Shown in pieces: positions 28,750 through 39,330 of a DNA stretch of 64,000 nucleotides (position 1 is its first letter; each line of letters begins with the position of its first letter). The position numbers and the translations under genes were made by a program. This stretch comes from Candidatus Aminicenantes bacterium (lineage in GTDB: Bacteria; Acidobacteriota; Aminicenantia; Aminicenantales; Saccharicenantaceae), in contig JBFYOD010000037.1 of assembly GCA_041303965.1 (NCBI GenBank), forward strand, positions 8,693 to 72,692. The letters are read 5' to 3'. The notes below the pieces were generated by a model. It saw only the letters and a list, made by a program, of their open reading frames with translations, did not search any database and was not told where the DNA came from.

Positions 28750-29142
28750 ATGCCGACACCATCACGTTATTGGCGAGAGATCCCTCAGCGGTATCGGATG
28801 GAGGCCGGGAAGTGCAAGGCCTGCGGCTTCGTCGTCTTCCCCCCGCGCGCCGTCTGCCCGGCGTGCGGCGCCCGGGAATTCGTCACGGTCAGGCTCGCCG
28901 ACGGCGGCAAGCTCCTGACCTATACGATCATCCGCGTCCCGCCGCAGCCCTTCGAGGACCAAGCCCCCTACGCCGTCGGGATCGCCGAGCTCGACGACGG
29001 GGTCAAACTGACGGCCCAGGTCGTCGACTGCGACTTCGCCGACCTCAAGGTCGGCCTGCGCGTCCGGCTGGAGTTCCGGAAGCTTTCGGAGGAAGGGGCG
29101 GCCGGCGTCATCTATTACGGCTACAAGTTCGTCCCGGAATAG
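28750..29142 (+). CDS. DUF35 OB-fold / zinc-ribbon scaffold protein of the thiolase-HMGCS complex
   Basis: CKACGFVVFPPRAVCPACG rubredoxin-like Zn ribbon followed by an OB-fold; 130 aa. Confidence 0.75.
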   Translation: MPTPSRYWREIPQRYRMEAGKCKACGFVVFPPRAVCPACGAREFVTVRLADGGKLLTYTIIRVPPQPFEDQAPYAVGIAELDDGVKLTAQVVDCDFADLKVGLRVRLEFRKLSEEGAAGVIYYGYKFVPE

Positions 29143-29145
29143 GAT

Positions 29146-30753
29146 ATGTTCAGGATCGAATCCAAGGTCGATACGCGGGGCCCCGAATACCTGCGGAATT
29201 TCGAAGGGATGAGCCGCGTCGTCGCCGAATACCGGGAGCGGCTGGCCGCGGCCCGGGAGGGAGGCCCGGCCAAGAACCGGGAGCTTCACAAGTCCCGGGG
29301 CAAGCTCCTCGTCCGCGAGCGCCTGGACATGCTCTTCGACAGGAACACGCCGTTCCTCGAACTCAGTCCGCTCGCCGCCTGCGGCCAGTACGACGACGAG
29401 GCACCCGGCGCGGGGATGGTCACGGGTGTCGGCGTCGTCCACGGCCGGGAGGTCCTCGTCGTCGCCAACGACGCCACGGTCAAGGGCGGGACCTATTTCC
29501 CGATGACCATCAAGAAGCATGTCCGGGCCCAGGAAGTGGCCCTCGAGAACCGGCTGCCTTGCGTCTACCTCGTCGACTCGGGCGGGATCTTCCTGCCCCA
29601 TCAGTCGGGGACCTTTCCCGATAAGGAGCACTTCGGCCGGATCTTCTACAACCAGGCCCGGCTGTCCGCGCTGGCGATCCCCCAGATCTCCGTCGTCATG
29701 GGCTCGTGCACGGCCGGCGGCGCCTATGTCCCGGCCATGAGCGACGAGACGGTCATCGTCCGGCGCCAGGGCACGATCTTTATCGGCGGGCCGCCGCTCG
29801 TCAAGGCGGCCACGGGCGAGGAAGTCACCGACGAGGACCTGGGCGGGGCCGACGTCCACTGCCGCATCTCCGGCGTCTCCGATTACTACGCGGCGAACGA
29901 CGCCCACGCCCTCGAGATCGCCCGGAACATCGTCGAGACCCTGGGCCCGCCGCGCCGCTTCGAATTGGACACGGCGCCTCCGGAAGAGCCGTTTTACGAC
30001 CCGCGGGAGATCTACGGCATCGTCCCCCCGGACCTGCGCAAGTCGTTCGACATGAGAGAGGTCATCGCCCGCTTGGTCGACGGCAGCCGCTTCCAGGAAT
30101 TCAAGGAACTCTACGGTCCGACGCTCGTTTGCGGCTTCGCCCGGATCATGGGTTTCCCGGTGGGCATCCTGGCCAACAACGGGGTGCTCTTTTCCGAGAG
30201 CTCCCTCAAGGGGGCCCATTTCGTCAGCCTTTGCGCGATGCGCAAGGTCCCTCTCGTCTTCCTCCAGAACATCACCGGGTTCATCGTCGGCAAGCAGTAC
30301 GAGCACCGCGGTATCGCCAAGGACGGGGCCAAGCTCGTCCACGCCGTGGCCAACGCCGACGTGCCCAAGTTCACGGTCATCGTCGGCGGCTCCTACGGCG
30401 CCGGGAACTACGCCATGTGCGGCCGGGCCTACGGGCCGCGCTTCCTCTGGATGTGGCCGAACGCCCGGATCTGCGTCATGGGCGGCGAACAGGCGGCGTC
30501 GGTCCTGGTCCAGGTCAAGATCAAGAGGCTCCGGGACCAGGGCGTCCGGATGACCGAGGCCGAGAAGGCCGAGATGATGAAACCGATCGTGGACGCCTAT
30601 GACGTCGAGGCCGGCCCCTACTACAGCACTTCGCGGCTGTGGGACGACGGCATCCTCGACCCTCTCGACACGCGGGCGGCCCTCGGCCTGGGGATCGCCG
30701 CGAGCCTCAACGCCCCGATCCCCGACACCAAGGTCGGGATCTTCAGGATGTGA
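29146..30753 (+). CDS. mccB: Methylcrotonyl-CoA carboxylase carboxyltransferase (beta) subunit
   Basis: 535-aa carboxyltransferase with two crotonase-like halves; context with biotin carboxylase, hydratase and isovaleryl-CoA dehydrogenase. Confidence 0.8.
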   Translation: MFRIESKVDTRGPEYLRNFEGMSRVVAEYRERLAAAREGGPAKNRELHKSRGKLLVRERLDMLFDRNTPFLELSPLAACGQYDDEAPGAGMVTGVGVVHGREVLVVANDATVKGGTYFPMTIKKHVRAQEVALENRLPCVYLVDSGGIFLPHQSGTFPDKEHFGRIFYNQARLSALAIPQISVVMGSCTAGGAYVPAMSDETVIVRRQGTIFIGGPPLVKAATGEEVTDEDLGGADVHCRISGVSDYYAANDAHALEIARNIVETLGPPRRFELDTAPPEEPFYDPREIYGIVPPDLRKSFDMREVIARLVDGSRFQEFKELYGPTLVCGFARIMGFPVGILANNGVLFSESSLKGAHFVSLCAMRKVPLVFLQNITGFIVGKQYEHRGIAKDGAKLVHAVANADVPKFTVIVGGSYGAGNYAMCGRAYGPRFLWMWPNARICVMGGEQAASVLVQVKIKRLRDQGVRMTEAEKAEMMKPIVDAYDVEAGPYYSTSRLWDDGILDPLDTRAALGLGIAASLNAPIPDTKVGIFRM

Positions 30754-30756
30754 GCG

Positions 30757-31536
30757 ATGTACCGGACGATCATCGTCGAGCGCGACGGCCGTGTCGGCCG
30801 GGTCTGGTTCAACCGGCCCGAAGTCCGGAACGCCTTCAACGCCGACATGATCGGCGAATTGCGGGCCGCCCTGCGGGACCTGGCTGATGACGCCGCCGTC
30901 CGGGTCATCGTCCTCTCGGGCAAGGGGACGTCCTTCTGTGCCGGCGCCGACCTCGCCTGGATGCGCGACATCGTCCGTTTCTCCGAGGAACAGAACATGC
31001 GCGAGTCGCTCGACCTGGCCGAGTGCCTTTACGATGTCTACGCCGTCCCCAAGCCGACGATCGCCAGGGTCAACGGTCCGGCCATCGGCGGCGGGACGGG
31101 GTTCGTCTCCGCCTGCGACATCGCCGTGGCCTCGACCGAAGCCCGGTTCGGCCTGAGCGAGGTCAAGATCGGCGTCGTTCCGGCCGCGATCTCTCCCTAC
31201 GTCCTCCGCCGGATCGGGGAGAGCCGGGCCCGCCAATATTTCCTGACGGGCGAACGCTTCGACGCCCGGCGGGCCCAAGAGATCGGCTTGGTCAACGTCG
31301 CCGTCGAACCCGAGGAACTCGACCCCAAGGTGGAGGCGCTCGTCTCTTCGCTTCTCTCCTCCGGGCCCGAGGCCCTGGCCAAGGCGAAGGAACTGCTCAC
31401 CCGGGTGCCCGGGATGGGCTTCGCCGAGGCCAAACGTTATACCGCCGAAATGATCGCCGGCCTCAGGATGAGCGCCGAGGCCCAGGAAGGCATGGCGGCT
31501 TTCCTCGACAAGAGAAAACCGAAGTGGTCTGAGTAG
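30757..31536 (+). CDS. Enoyl-CoA hydratase family (methylglutaconyl-CoA hydratase-like)
   Basis: Crotonase fold, oxyanion-hole regions (AGADLAW, GPAIGGG); position between mccB and the biotin carboxylase as in liu clusters. Confidence 0.7.
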   Translation: MYRTIIVERDGRVGRVWFNRPEVRNAFNADMIGELRAALRDLADDAAVRVIVLSGKGTSFCAGADLAWMRDIVRFSEEQNMRESLDLAECLYDVYAVPKPTIARVNGPAIGGGTGFVSACDIAVASTEARFGLSEVKIGVVPAAISPYVLRRIGESRARQYFLTGERFDARRAQEIGLVNVAVEPEELDPKVEALVSSLLSSGPEALAKAKELLTRVPGMGFAEAKRYTAEMIAGLRMSAEAQEGMAAFLDKRKPKWSE

Positions 31537-31551
31537 AGGAAGCGGGCCATA

Positions 31552-33066
31552 ATGTTCGGCAAGATCCTGATCGCCAACCGCGGAGAGATCGCGGTCCGGG
31601 TGATCAAGGCCTGCCGGGAAATGGGCATCGGGTCCGTGGCCGTCTATTCCGAGGCCGACGCGGCCGGCCTTCACGTCCGGCTGGCCGACGAAGCCGTCCC
31701 GGTCGGACCGCCCCCGGCCGCCGAGAGCTATCTCGACATGGACAGGATCCTCGAGGCGGCGAAAGCGACGGGGGCCGAGGCCATCCACCCCGGCTACGGT
31801 TTTCTCTCGGAAAACGCCGCCTTCGCCCGGCTCTGCGAGGATCGCGGCATCGTTTTCATCGGGCCGAACTCCGGGGCTCTCGAACTCGTCGGCGACAAGG
31901 TCCGGGCCCGGCAGACCATGGAGAAGGCTGGGATCCCGACCGTCCCCGGGATGAAGTCCTGTTCCGCGTCCGCCGAGGAGTTCCGGGCCGCGGCCAGGAG
32001 TCTGGGTTATCCCGTCATGGTCAAGGCCTCGGCCGGAGGGGGCGGCAAGGGGATGCGGGTCGTCGCGGACGACGACGGGCTCGGCCCGGCCCTCGAAGCC
32101 GGCCGCCGGGAGGCGGGATCGGCTTTCGGCGACGACTCGGTCTATCTGGAGAAATGCATCGAGGAGCCGCGCCACGTCGAGTTCCAGGTCCTGGCCGACA
32201 ACCAAGGCCGGACCGTCCACCTGTTCGAAAGGGAATGCTCGATCCAGCGGCGCCATCAAAAGGTCCTCGAGGAAACACCGTCCCCGGCCCTCGACCCCGA
32301 ACTCAGGGCCCGCAGGGGGGAGACGGCCGTCCGGGCCATGCGGGCCGCGGGCTACAACAACGCCGGGACCGTCGAGTTCCTCCTCGACCGGGACCGCCGC
32401 TTCTACTTCCTCGAAGTCAACGCCCGGCTCCAAGTCGAACACCCGGTCACCGAACTCACGACCGGCGTCGATCTCGTCCGCCAACAGATCCTGATCGCCT
32501 CCGGGGCCGACTTGTCGATCCGCCAGGAGAACCTCCTGCAGAGGGGACACGCCGTCGAATGCCGGATCTACGCGGAAGACCCGAAGATGAGCTTCCTGCC
32601 CTCCGCGGGCCGCATCGTCCACCTCCGCGAGCCGAAGGGTCCTTGGATCCGCTTCGACAGCGGCATCTACGAGGGCCTCGAGGTCCCGGTCTATTACGAC
32701 CCGATCCTGGCCAAGCTCATCGTCTGGGCCGAGGACCGGGAGGCGGCCTGCCGGAGGATGTCGGCGGCCCTGGACGACTGCGTCATCCTCGGCATCCACA
32801 CGACGGCCGGCTTCCTCAAGGACGTCGTCAATCATCCGGAGTTCCGGGCCGGCCGGGCGACGACGTCGTTCATCGGAAAGTTCTTCTCTTCCTGGGGAAC
32901 GGGAGAAGGAGAGGACGAACGACAGCGCCTGGCCCTGGCCGCGGCCGCTTTCGACGGGTTGACCCGGACGACGAGGGCGGCGGGCCTCCCGGTCCGGGGA
33001 GGGAAGAGAGAGATCGAGACGCCCTGGACGACCTTGGGCGGCTGGCGCGCGGGCGGTGAAAGATGA
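31552..33066 (+). CDS. Biotin carboxylase subunit of acyl-CoA (methylcrotonyl-CoA) carboxylase, BC domain only
   Basis: ATP-grasp biotin carboxylase motifs (ILIANRGEIAVR, GGGGKGMR, EMNAR-like EVNARLQVEHPVTE); ends with TGA inside an ATGA overlap, no biotinyl domain. Confidence 0.85.
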   Translation: MFGKILIANRGEIAVRVIKACREMGIGSVAVYSEADAAGLHVRLADEAVPVGPPPAAESYLDMDRILEAAKATGAEAIHPGYGFLSENAAFARLCEDRGIVFIGPNSGALELVGDKVRARQTMEKAGIPTVPGMKSCSASAEEFRAAARSLGYPVMVKASAGGGGKGMRVVADDDGLGPALEAGRREAGSAFGDDSVYLEKCIEEPRHVEFQVLADNQGRTVHLFERECSIQRRHQKVLEETPSPALDPELRARRGETAVRAMRAAGYNNAGTVEFLLDRDRRFYFLEVNARLQVEHPVTELTTGVDLVRQQILIASGADLSIRQENLLQRGHAVECRIYAEDPKMSFLPSAGRIVHLREPKGPWIRFDSGIYEGLEVPVYYDPILAKLIVWAEDREAACRRMSAALDDCVILGIHTTAGFLKDVVNHPEFRAGRATTSFIGKFFSSWGTGEGEDERQRLALAAAAFDGLTRTTRAAGLPVRGGKREIETPWTTLGGWRAGGER

Positions 33067-33602
33067 GCGTCGCCGCGTTCGATTTCCTCCTCGACGGCGA
33101 ACCCAGGAAGATTTCCGTGGAGATGCGGGATGGGACGCTTGTCGTCCGCGAAGGAAGCCGCGTTCTCGAGGCGGAGGTCAAGCGGATCTCGGGGAACGAG
33201 CTCCAATTCCGTTTCGGAGGCCGGTCGGTGAGAATCTATCTCGCCCGGGCCGGAGAGCGGACTTACGTCGCCGTCGACGGGCGGGAGTTCGTCGTGTCCG
33301 AATCCCGCCCCGATACAAGCCGTCCCGGTGAAGGCGATGAGAAAAGCGGGGAAACGAACCTCCGCGTCAGATCGCCCATGCCGGGCAAGGTCACCAAGAT
33401 CGCCGTCGCCGAGGGCGAAGAGGTCCGTAAGAACCAGACCCTGGTCATCGTCGAGGCGATGAAGATGGAGAACGAGATCAAGACCTCCATCGACGGTGTC
33501 GTGAAAAAGGTCCATGTGGCGGTCGGCGACCGCGTCGATTCGGAACGTCCGCTCGTCGAAGTCGAAAAAAAAATAGAATCCCCAAGGAGGGCCGAGCCAT
33601 GA
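33063..33602 (+). CDS. Biotin carboxyl carrier protein (BT-like linker + biotinyl domain)
   Basis: C-terminal EAMKMEN biotin attachment motif; N-terminal about 100 aa resemble the BC-to-BCCP BT linker of fused carboxylase alpha subunits. Confidence 0.75.
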   Translation: MSVAAFDFLLDGEPRKISVEMRDGTLVVREGSRVLEAEVKRISGNELQFRFGGRSVRIYLARAGERTYVAVDGREFVVSESRPDTSRPGEGDEKSGETNLRVRSPMPGKVTKIAVAEGEEVRKNQTLVIVEAMKMENEIKTSIDGVVKKVHVAVGDRVDSERPLVEVEKKIESPRRAEP

Positions 33603-34741
33603 CCGCAGAATACGCCGATTCTTTGAAGGAATGCCGGGACATGGTGCGGGACTTCGCCCGCACGGAGATCGCCCCGCACGTCCGGGAATGGGATGATAAG
33701 GCGGGATGCCCTTTCGACGTCTTCAGCCGGCTGGGCGGGCTCGGAATGCTGGGCATCCTCGTCCCCGAGGAGTACGGCGGCGTCGGGATGACGTACCGTC
33801 ACTACGTGATGATCCTCGAGGAATTGGGAGCGGTCGAAGGCGGGATCGGCCTGACCGTCGCCGCCCACAACTCGCTCTGCACCAACCACATTCTCACCTT
33901 CGGCAGCGACGCCCAGCGCCGGGCGTGGCTGCCGCGGCTGGCCGCCGGCGAGGTCCTTGGGGCTTGGGCCCTGACCGAACCCGAGGCCGGATCGGACTCC
34001 GGGGCGACGAAGACGACGGCCGTCCGGAACGACAAGGGCTGGCTCCTCAACGGGTCCAAGAATTTCATCACCCATGCCTCCGTGGGCGAGGTCGCTGTGA
34101 TCATGGCCCGGACCAAGCCGGGCATGGACCACCACGGCATCTCCGCCTTCCTCGTCCCGCTGAAGACGCCGGGCGTCTCCGTGGGGAAACACGAAGACAA
34201 GGTCGGCATGCGCGTCTCGGACACGGCCTCTCTCGTCTTCGAGGACTGCCAGGTCGGCGCCGACGCCCTGCTCGGAAAAGAGGGTGACGGCTTCATCCAG
34301 GCCATGGAGATCCTCGACGGCGGGCGGATCTCGATCGCCGCGCTGTCGGTGGGGATCGCCCGCGGCGCGCTCGACGCGGCCGTGGCCTACGCCAAGGAAC
34401 GCCGCCAGTTCGGCAAGCCCATCGCCGCCTTCCAAGCCATCCGCTTCAAGCTGGCCGACATGGCCACCGCGGTCCACGCGGCCCGGCTCCTGACCGAGAG
34501 CGCGGCGGACGAAAAGGACCGCGGCGGGAAGACGACGCTCCTCTCGGCCCAGGCGAAACTCTACGCTTCGGAGGTCGCCGTCCGGGTGGGGGAGGACGCC
34601 GTCCAGGTCCTCGGCGGCTACGGCTACTGCAAGGACTATCCCGTCGAGAAGTTCTGGCGCGACGCCAAGCTCTGCACGATCGGCGAGGGCACGAGCGAGA
34701 TCCAGCGGCTCGTGATCGCCCGCGAGCTCATCGGCGGCTAG
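33599..34741 (+). CDS. Acyl-CoA dehydrogenase (isovaleryl-CoA dehydrogenase-like)
   Basis: ACAD fold with C-terminal catalytic Glu context ([27 protein letters not shown]); ATGA overlap with the BCCP gene. Confidence 0.8.
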   Translation: MTAEYADSLKECRDMVRDFARTEIAPHVREWDDKAGCPFDVFSRLGGLGMLGILVPEEYGGVGMTYRHYVMILEELGAVEGGIGLTVAAHNSLCTNHILTFGSDAQRRAWLPRLAAGEVLGAWALTEPEAGSDSGATKTTAVRNDKGWLLNGSKNFITHASVGEVAVIMARTKPGMDHHGISAFLVPLKTPGVSVGKHEDKVGMRVSDTASLVFEDCQVGADALLGKEGDGFIQAMEILDGGRISIAALSVGIARGALDAAVAYAKERRQFGKPIAAFQAIRFKLADMATAVHAARLLTESAADEKDRGGKTTLLSAQAKLYASEVAVRVGEDAVQVLGGYGYCKDYPVEKFWRDAKLCTIGEGTSEIQRLVIARELIGG

Positions 34742-36006
34742 GGCTTCGCCTTTCGCTTCCGGCCGGCCTTCTTGTAGACGATGGCCACGACGGTCTTGTC
34801 GTTGCCGCCCATGTTCACCGAGAGGCCGTAGGGCCGTTGGCGCGAGATCTTGACCTGCCAGCCATCGGCCTTCCCCGTGAGCTGCTGCCAGACCGTGACG
34901 GCCTGGCGGACTCCTGTGCCTCCCGTCGGGTGGCCCCAGCCGATGAGCCCGCCCGAGGTGTTGAACGGCGCGTCGCCTTTGCGCGAGGTCTTGCCCTCGA
35001 GGACGTAGTCGGGGCCCTCGCCGTGGCCGGCAAAACCGATGGCCTCGACCGAGAGGATCCCGGATATCGTGAAGCAGTCGTGGCACTCGACCGTGCCGAT
35101 CTGGTCCAGCTTGACGCCGGCGGCGTCCAGGGCTTTCTGGACGGCCCGCCTCGTCGTCTCGAGCTCGGTCGGATCGGCCGGCGGCACGGTCAGGTCGGCC
35201 TCGACCTGGCCCCAGCCCACGACCTCGACAGCCTCGTTCTTGGAGATGCCGCAGCGCTCGAGCCCCTCTTCGGACATGACGGCGATGGCTGCCGCCGCGT
35301 CCGAGACCTTGGAGCAATCGAAAATGTTGAGGTGGTCGACGAACGACCGGGGATTGGGCTCGGCGAGACCCACGGCCTCGAGGTCCGGGCAGGTGTTATG
35401 GAACTCCTGCGCTGTCTCGCACAGCCGGGCGTTCTCGACGGCGTTCCTATACCAGCGGGCGAAGGCCCGCCGGGCCTTGTCCCGCCCGAACTTCTCGAAG
35501 TAGGCCCCGGCCCGGGCGCTGAAGAGCGCTGGAAAGAAATAGGCGTGACCCGCCTTGCGTTCGCCGCGGTACCAGCCGGCCCCGGCCAGGATGTCGGCGC
35601 CGTAAATGGCCTTGACCGTGTTCTGGACCTCGACGCCGATCGTCAGGACGACCTCGGCGGTCCCGGCCCGCACGCTCTTGATGGCTGAAGTCAGGGCCAC
35701 CCCGCCCGAAGCGCAAGCGCACTCGACCCGGGTACACGGCTTCCAGCGGAGCTCTGGATCGATCGAGGGGATGAGCGCCGCGAGGTGACCTTGCCGGTTG
35801 AACCGGGCGGCCATAAAATTGCCGATAACCCCCTCGTCGACGTTCTTCCCGCCGCCAATTTGGGCCAGCACGGCCCGGCCCGCCTCCTGGATGTATTCTT
35901 CGAGTCCCGGACGGGCTCTCCTGGGATTGAATTCCTTGCGTCCCGTCCCGAGGGAGACCGTATGGTATCCCGCGGCCATGTAGACGTTGCGTCGGTTCTT
36001 TTTCAT
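34738..36006 (-). CDS. Thiolase-like protein (SCP-x / non-specific thiolase type)
   Basis: Thiolase fold with Cys region (VECACASGG) and C-terminal CH motif (ECHDCF); convergent with the ACAD gene. Confidence 0.65.
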   Translation of the reverse strand: MKKNRRNVYMAAGYHTVSLGTGRKEFNPRRARPGLEEYIQEAGRAVLAQIGGGKNVDEGVIGNFMAARFNRQGHLAALIPSIDPELRWKPCTRVECACASGGVALTSAIKSVRAGTAEVVLTIGVEVQNTVKAIYGADILAGAGWYRGERKAGHAYFFPALFSARAGAYFEKFGRDKARRAFARWYRNAVENARLCETAQEFHNTCPDLEAVGLAEPNPRSFVDHLNIFDCSKVSDAAAAIAVMSEEGLERCGISKNEAVEVVGWGQVEADLTVPPADPTELETTRRAVQKALDAAGVKLDQIGTVECHDCFTISGILSVEAIGFAGHGEGPDYVLEGKTSRKGDAPFNTSGGLIGWGHPTGGTGVRQAVTVWQQLTGKADGWQVKISRQRPYGLSVNMGGNDKTVVAIVYKKAGRKRKAKP

Positions 36007-36015
36007 GGTCTGACC

Positions 36016-37356
36016 TCAATCGTCGAAATAGGCGTTGATCGGGCCGTAGGCGTGGTAGAAACCCGTCAGCATGACGGTGTTGACGTCCTCCTCTTTCTGG
36101 GCGACGCCGTCCTTGACCAGGCCGAGCCCGATTTCCTTGGCCTTCCGGCCGTATCTTCCGGCCAGGTCGGCGCCCAGCGTCGTCATCGTCCGGAGGTCCC
36201 GGAAATAGCCCTGGAGGGTGCCCGCCCGGTCGGCGGCCTGGATGACGCTCTTCCAGGGCCGGCCCGAAGCGGGAAGCGGCCCCAGCCGCTCGTCGCATCT
36301 CGGCCCGACTTCGGTGAAGGGTACGTAGGCCTTGGCTTCAGGATCATAGATGCCGGCCGGCCGCCCTTTCTCGTATTTCAGGAAGCCGTCCTTCTGCGAG
36401 CCGTCCGCGAACTGCCCCCCCCGAACGCCCGCGGCGATGAGCCGGTCGAGGAGGGAATTTTGCAGCCCCGATCCCACGGACCGGTCGCTCATGACCTTGA
36501 GGATGCATTGGCAGATGTCGAGCCCGACATAGTCGACGAGCTGGAAGATGCCCATGGGCCTAATGAGAAAATCTTGGCTGACCTTGTTGACCATGTAGAC
36601 GGCGTCGACAAAGCCGAACTCCGGCGCCAGGCGCTCGACTTCGGAGATGCCGTGGAGGGCGTCCCGCATGAAATGGCCGTTGCCGATGAAGCCGGCGACA
36701 TCGTTGGAAGGGACGACGACCTTGCGCAGCTTCTTGGCGTACTGGAGGGCGAAATCGGCCAGCTCGGGAAGTGTGGACTTCGCCCGGATGACCTCGACGA
36801 GTTTCTGGACCGCCGGCGGATTGTAGAAGTGGAAGCCGATGAGCCGTCCGCCGAGCCCCGCTTTCCCGTCGATCTCGTGGATGGGGATGGAGGATGTGTT
36901 CGTCAGGAACCAGGCGTCCTTTTGGCTGTGGTCATGGATCTGGCCGAGGAGCTTGATCTTGAGGTCCGGGTTTTCGTTGGTCGCTTCGAAAACAAGGCCG
37001 GCGCCGTAAGCGGCCTCGAGCCGCGTCGTCGGCCGGACGATGGCCAAGACGTCCTCGACATACTGGCGGATGACCTCCTCGTTCTCGACGAGGTCGGCGC
37101 GGCTGGCGTAGACGCCCCTAAGCCCGACCGTCTTTTTTTCCGCGGCCCGCCGGACTTGGTCGCGGAGGTATCTGAGGAGCCCGGTCAGGGCCGGTTCCGA
37201 GATGTCCACGGCGTAAAGGGCGAAGTCCCGGGACCGGTTCCCGGGATCCAGGCTCAGGTCGGCCATCTCCATGGCCGTCAGCAGGACGATGCCGCTGCCC
37301 ATCTTTCCTGCGGCGCCGAGGACGGCGACCTTTTCCAATCGTTCGACGTAATTCAT
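36016..37356 (-). CDS. 3-hydroxyacyl-CoA dehydrogenase (NAD-dependent, long form with extra C-terminal domain)
   Basis: N-terminal Rossmann VAVLGAAGKMGSG, HBD-type catalytic region; 446 aa. Confidence 0.75.
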   Translation of the reverse strand: MNYVERLEKVAVLGAAGKMGSGIVLLTAMEMADLSLDPGNRSRDFALYAVDISEPALTGLLRYLRDQVRRAAEKKTVGLRGVYASRADLVENEEVIRQYVEDVLAIVRPTTRLEAAYGAGLVFEATNENPDLKIKLLGQIHDHSQKDAWFLTNTSSIPIHEIDGKAGLGGRLIGFHFYNPPAVQKLVEVIRAKSTLPELADFALQYAKKLRKVVVPSNDVAGFIGNGHFMRDALHGISEVERLAPEFGFVDAVYMVNKVSQDFLIRPMGIFQLVDYVGLDICQCILKVMSDRSVGSGLQNSLLDRLIAAGVRGGQFADGSQKDGFLKYEKGRPAGIYDPEAKAYVPFTEVGPRCDERLGPLPASGRPWKSVIQAADRAGTLQGYFRDLRTMTTLGADLAGRYGRKAKEIGLGLVKDGVAQKEEDVNTVMLTGFYHAYGPINAYFDD

Positions 37357-37380
37357 CGGCGACCTCCGTCTATCCCGCCG

Positions 37381-38154
37381 TCAGGCGTTCCATTGGGGTT
37401 TCCGCTTTTCGAGGAAGGCCTTCATCCCCTCGGCCCCCTCGTTTTCGAAGAGCGAGCCGAACTCCGCGGACTCGAGGGCGCATCCGCTCTCGAAATCCTT
37501 CAGGATCCCCTCGCGGACGACGCGTTTCGCGAGCCGGACGGCCCCGGGGCCCTTGGCGGCGATCGTCTTGGCCAGCTCGACCGCCGTCGGCAGGAGGGCT
37601 TCGGGCTCGACGACTTTCTGGACGAGCCCCATGCGCAACGCGTCCTCGGCCCCGACCATCTCGCCCGAGAGGAGGAGGAAGAGGGCGTTGCCAAGCCCGA
37701 TGAGGCGGGGCAGGCGCTGCGTCGCCGCATATCCGGGGATGAGCCCGAGGTTGACCTCGGGCTGACCGAACTTCGCCTTGGCGCTGGCGATCCTGATGTC
37801 GCAGGCCAGGGCCAGCTCGCAGCCGCCGCCGAGGGCGAAGCCGTTGACCGCGGCGATGACCGGTTTGTCGAGGAGTTCCAGGCTCCGGAAGGTCCGCTGG
37901 CCGACCTTGGAGAAGGCCCTGGCGTCGTCCTGGGTCTTCCCGACCATCTCGGCGATGTCGGCCCCGGCGACGAAGGCCTTCCCGTCGCCGGTGATGATGA
38001 CGACCTTGATGTCGGCCCGGCCGGCGATCTCCCCGATCAGGCTGTCCATCTCCTGGAAAAACCGGGTGTTCAGCGCGTTCATCGCCTGGGGCCGCGATAT
38101 CGTCACCGTGGCGACGGCCTCGGCGACCTCCATTTTCAGGATTTCGTAGTTCAT
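37381..38154 (-). CDS. Enoyl-CoA hydratase (crotonase)
   Basis: Crotonase fold, GGGCELAL oxyanion motif, 257 aa. Confidence 0.8.
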   Translation of the reverse strand: MNYEILKMEVAEAVATVTISRPQAMNALNTRFFQEMDSLIGEIAGRADIKVVIITGDGKAFVAGADIAEMVGKTQDDARAFSKVGQRTFRSLELLDKPVIAAVNGFALGGGCELALACDIRIASAKAKFGQPEVNLGLIPGYAATQRLPRLIGLGNALFLLLSGEMVGAEDALRMGLVQKVVEPEALLPTAVELAKTIAAKGPGAVRLAKRVVREGILKDFESGCALESAEFGSLFENEGAEGMKAFLEKRKPQWNA

Positions 38155-38163
38155 GGATCCTCC

Positions 38164-39309
38164 TCAATCGCTCAGAAGGGACCTGGCGATGACCAGCCGC
38201 TGGATCTCCGATGTCCCTTCATAGATCTCGGTGATCCGCTGGTCGCGGTAGAGACGCTCGATCTTGTAGTCCTTGAGAAAGCCGTAGCCGCCGTGGATCT
38301 GGAGGGCCTTGTGGCAGACGCGGTGGGCCATCTCGGAGGCGAAGAGCTTGATCATCGCCGATTCTTTCGTGAACTTCTTCGCGCCCGAATCTTTCATCCA
38401 GGCGACGCGGAAGAGCATGGTTTTGGCTAACTCGACATCGACGGCCATGTCGGCCAGCATGAACTGCAAGGACTGGAATTCCGCGAGGAGCTTGCCGAAC
38501 TGGGTCCTCTCCTTGGCATACCTGACCGCTTCCTCGAGGGCGGCCTCGGCGATGCCGACGGCCTGGGCGGCGATACCGATCCGGCCGCAGTCGAGCGTGG
38601 CCAGGGCGATGTTCAAGCCCTTATTTTCCTGCCCCAGCAGGTTCGCGGCCGGGACACGGCAGTCGGTGAAGACCATCTCGGTGGTGCTGGAGGAGCGGAT
38701 GCCGAGCTTGTCCTCGTGCTTGCCCACTTCGAAACCCGGAGTTTCCTTGGGGACGAGGATGGCCGATATCCCTTTGGCCCCCTTCTCCCGGTCGGTGCTG
38801 AAAAAGGCGATGATGACGTCGGCGAAGCCGCCGTTGGTCGTGAAGTTCTTGGTGCCGTTGAGGATAAAATCATCCCCGGCCCGGACGGCGGTGGCCCGGA
38901 TGTGACCCGGATCGCTGCCGGCGCCCGCCTCCGTCAGCGAGAAGCAGCCCAGCCATTCCCCCGAAGTCAGCTTGGGAAGATAGTATGTCTTCTGGTCCTC
39001 GGTGCCGAACATCATGATGGCGTCGTTGACCAGGGAATTCTGGACCGAGACGCCCACGGACACGCCCGAGTCCGCTTTGCTGAACTCGACCATGGCCCCG
39101 GCGTAGGCGACGGCCCCCACTCCGGTCCCGCCGTATTGATCGGGGACGGTCATCCCGAGGTAGCCAAGCTGGCCGAGCTCCTTGAGTGCGGCGATGTTGG
39201 TTTTCTGCTTTTCGTCGTATTCGGCCGCGAGCGGGGCCAGCTCCTTTTCGGCGAATTTTTTGGCCTGATCGATGATCATGCGCTGTTCTTCGGTCAGTTC
39301 GAAATCCAT
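38164..39309 (-). CDS. Acyl-CoA dehydrogenase (short-chain / butyryl-CoA dehydrogenase-like)
   Basis: MDFELTEEQ N-terminus typical of Bcd; catalytic Glu region YEGTSEIQ near the C-terminus. Confidence 0.8.
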   Translation of the reverse strand: MDFELTEEQRMIIDQAKKFAEKELAPLAAEYDEKQKTNIAALKELGQLGYLGMTVPDQYGGTGVGAVAYAGAMVEFSKADSGVSVGVSVQNSLVNDAIMMFGTEDQKTYYLPKLTSGEWLGCFSLTEAGAGSDPGHIRATAVRAGDDFILNGTKNFTTNGGFADVIIAFFSTDREKGAKGISAILVPKETPGFEVGKHEDKLGIRSSSTTEMVFTDCRVPAANLLGQENKGLNIALATLDCGRIGIAAQAVGIAEAALEEAVRYAKERTQFGKLLAEFQSLQFMLADMAVDVELAKTMLFRVAWMKDSGAKKFTKESAMIKLFASEMAHRVCHKALQIHGGYGFLKDYKIERLYRDQRITEIYEGTSEIQRLVIARSLLSD

Positions 39310-39330
39310 GTTTTGTCTCCTTCTATGGGT

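Noticed and set aside
28762-32835. 1357-aa minus-strand ORF (and similar giants at 35785-38430 plus, 33263-35317 minus, 15086-16780 plus, 5159-6187 minus)
   Set aside because: Each lies antisense to several well-supported enzymes (MCC beta, hydratase, biotin carboxylase, thiolase, HBD, S9 peptidase). Low-complexity D/E/G/R/A-rich translations. Products of stop-codon depletion at high GC.
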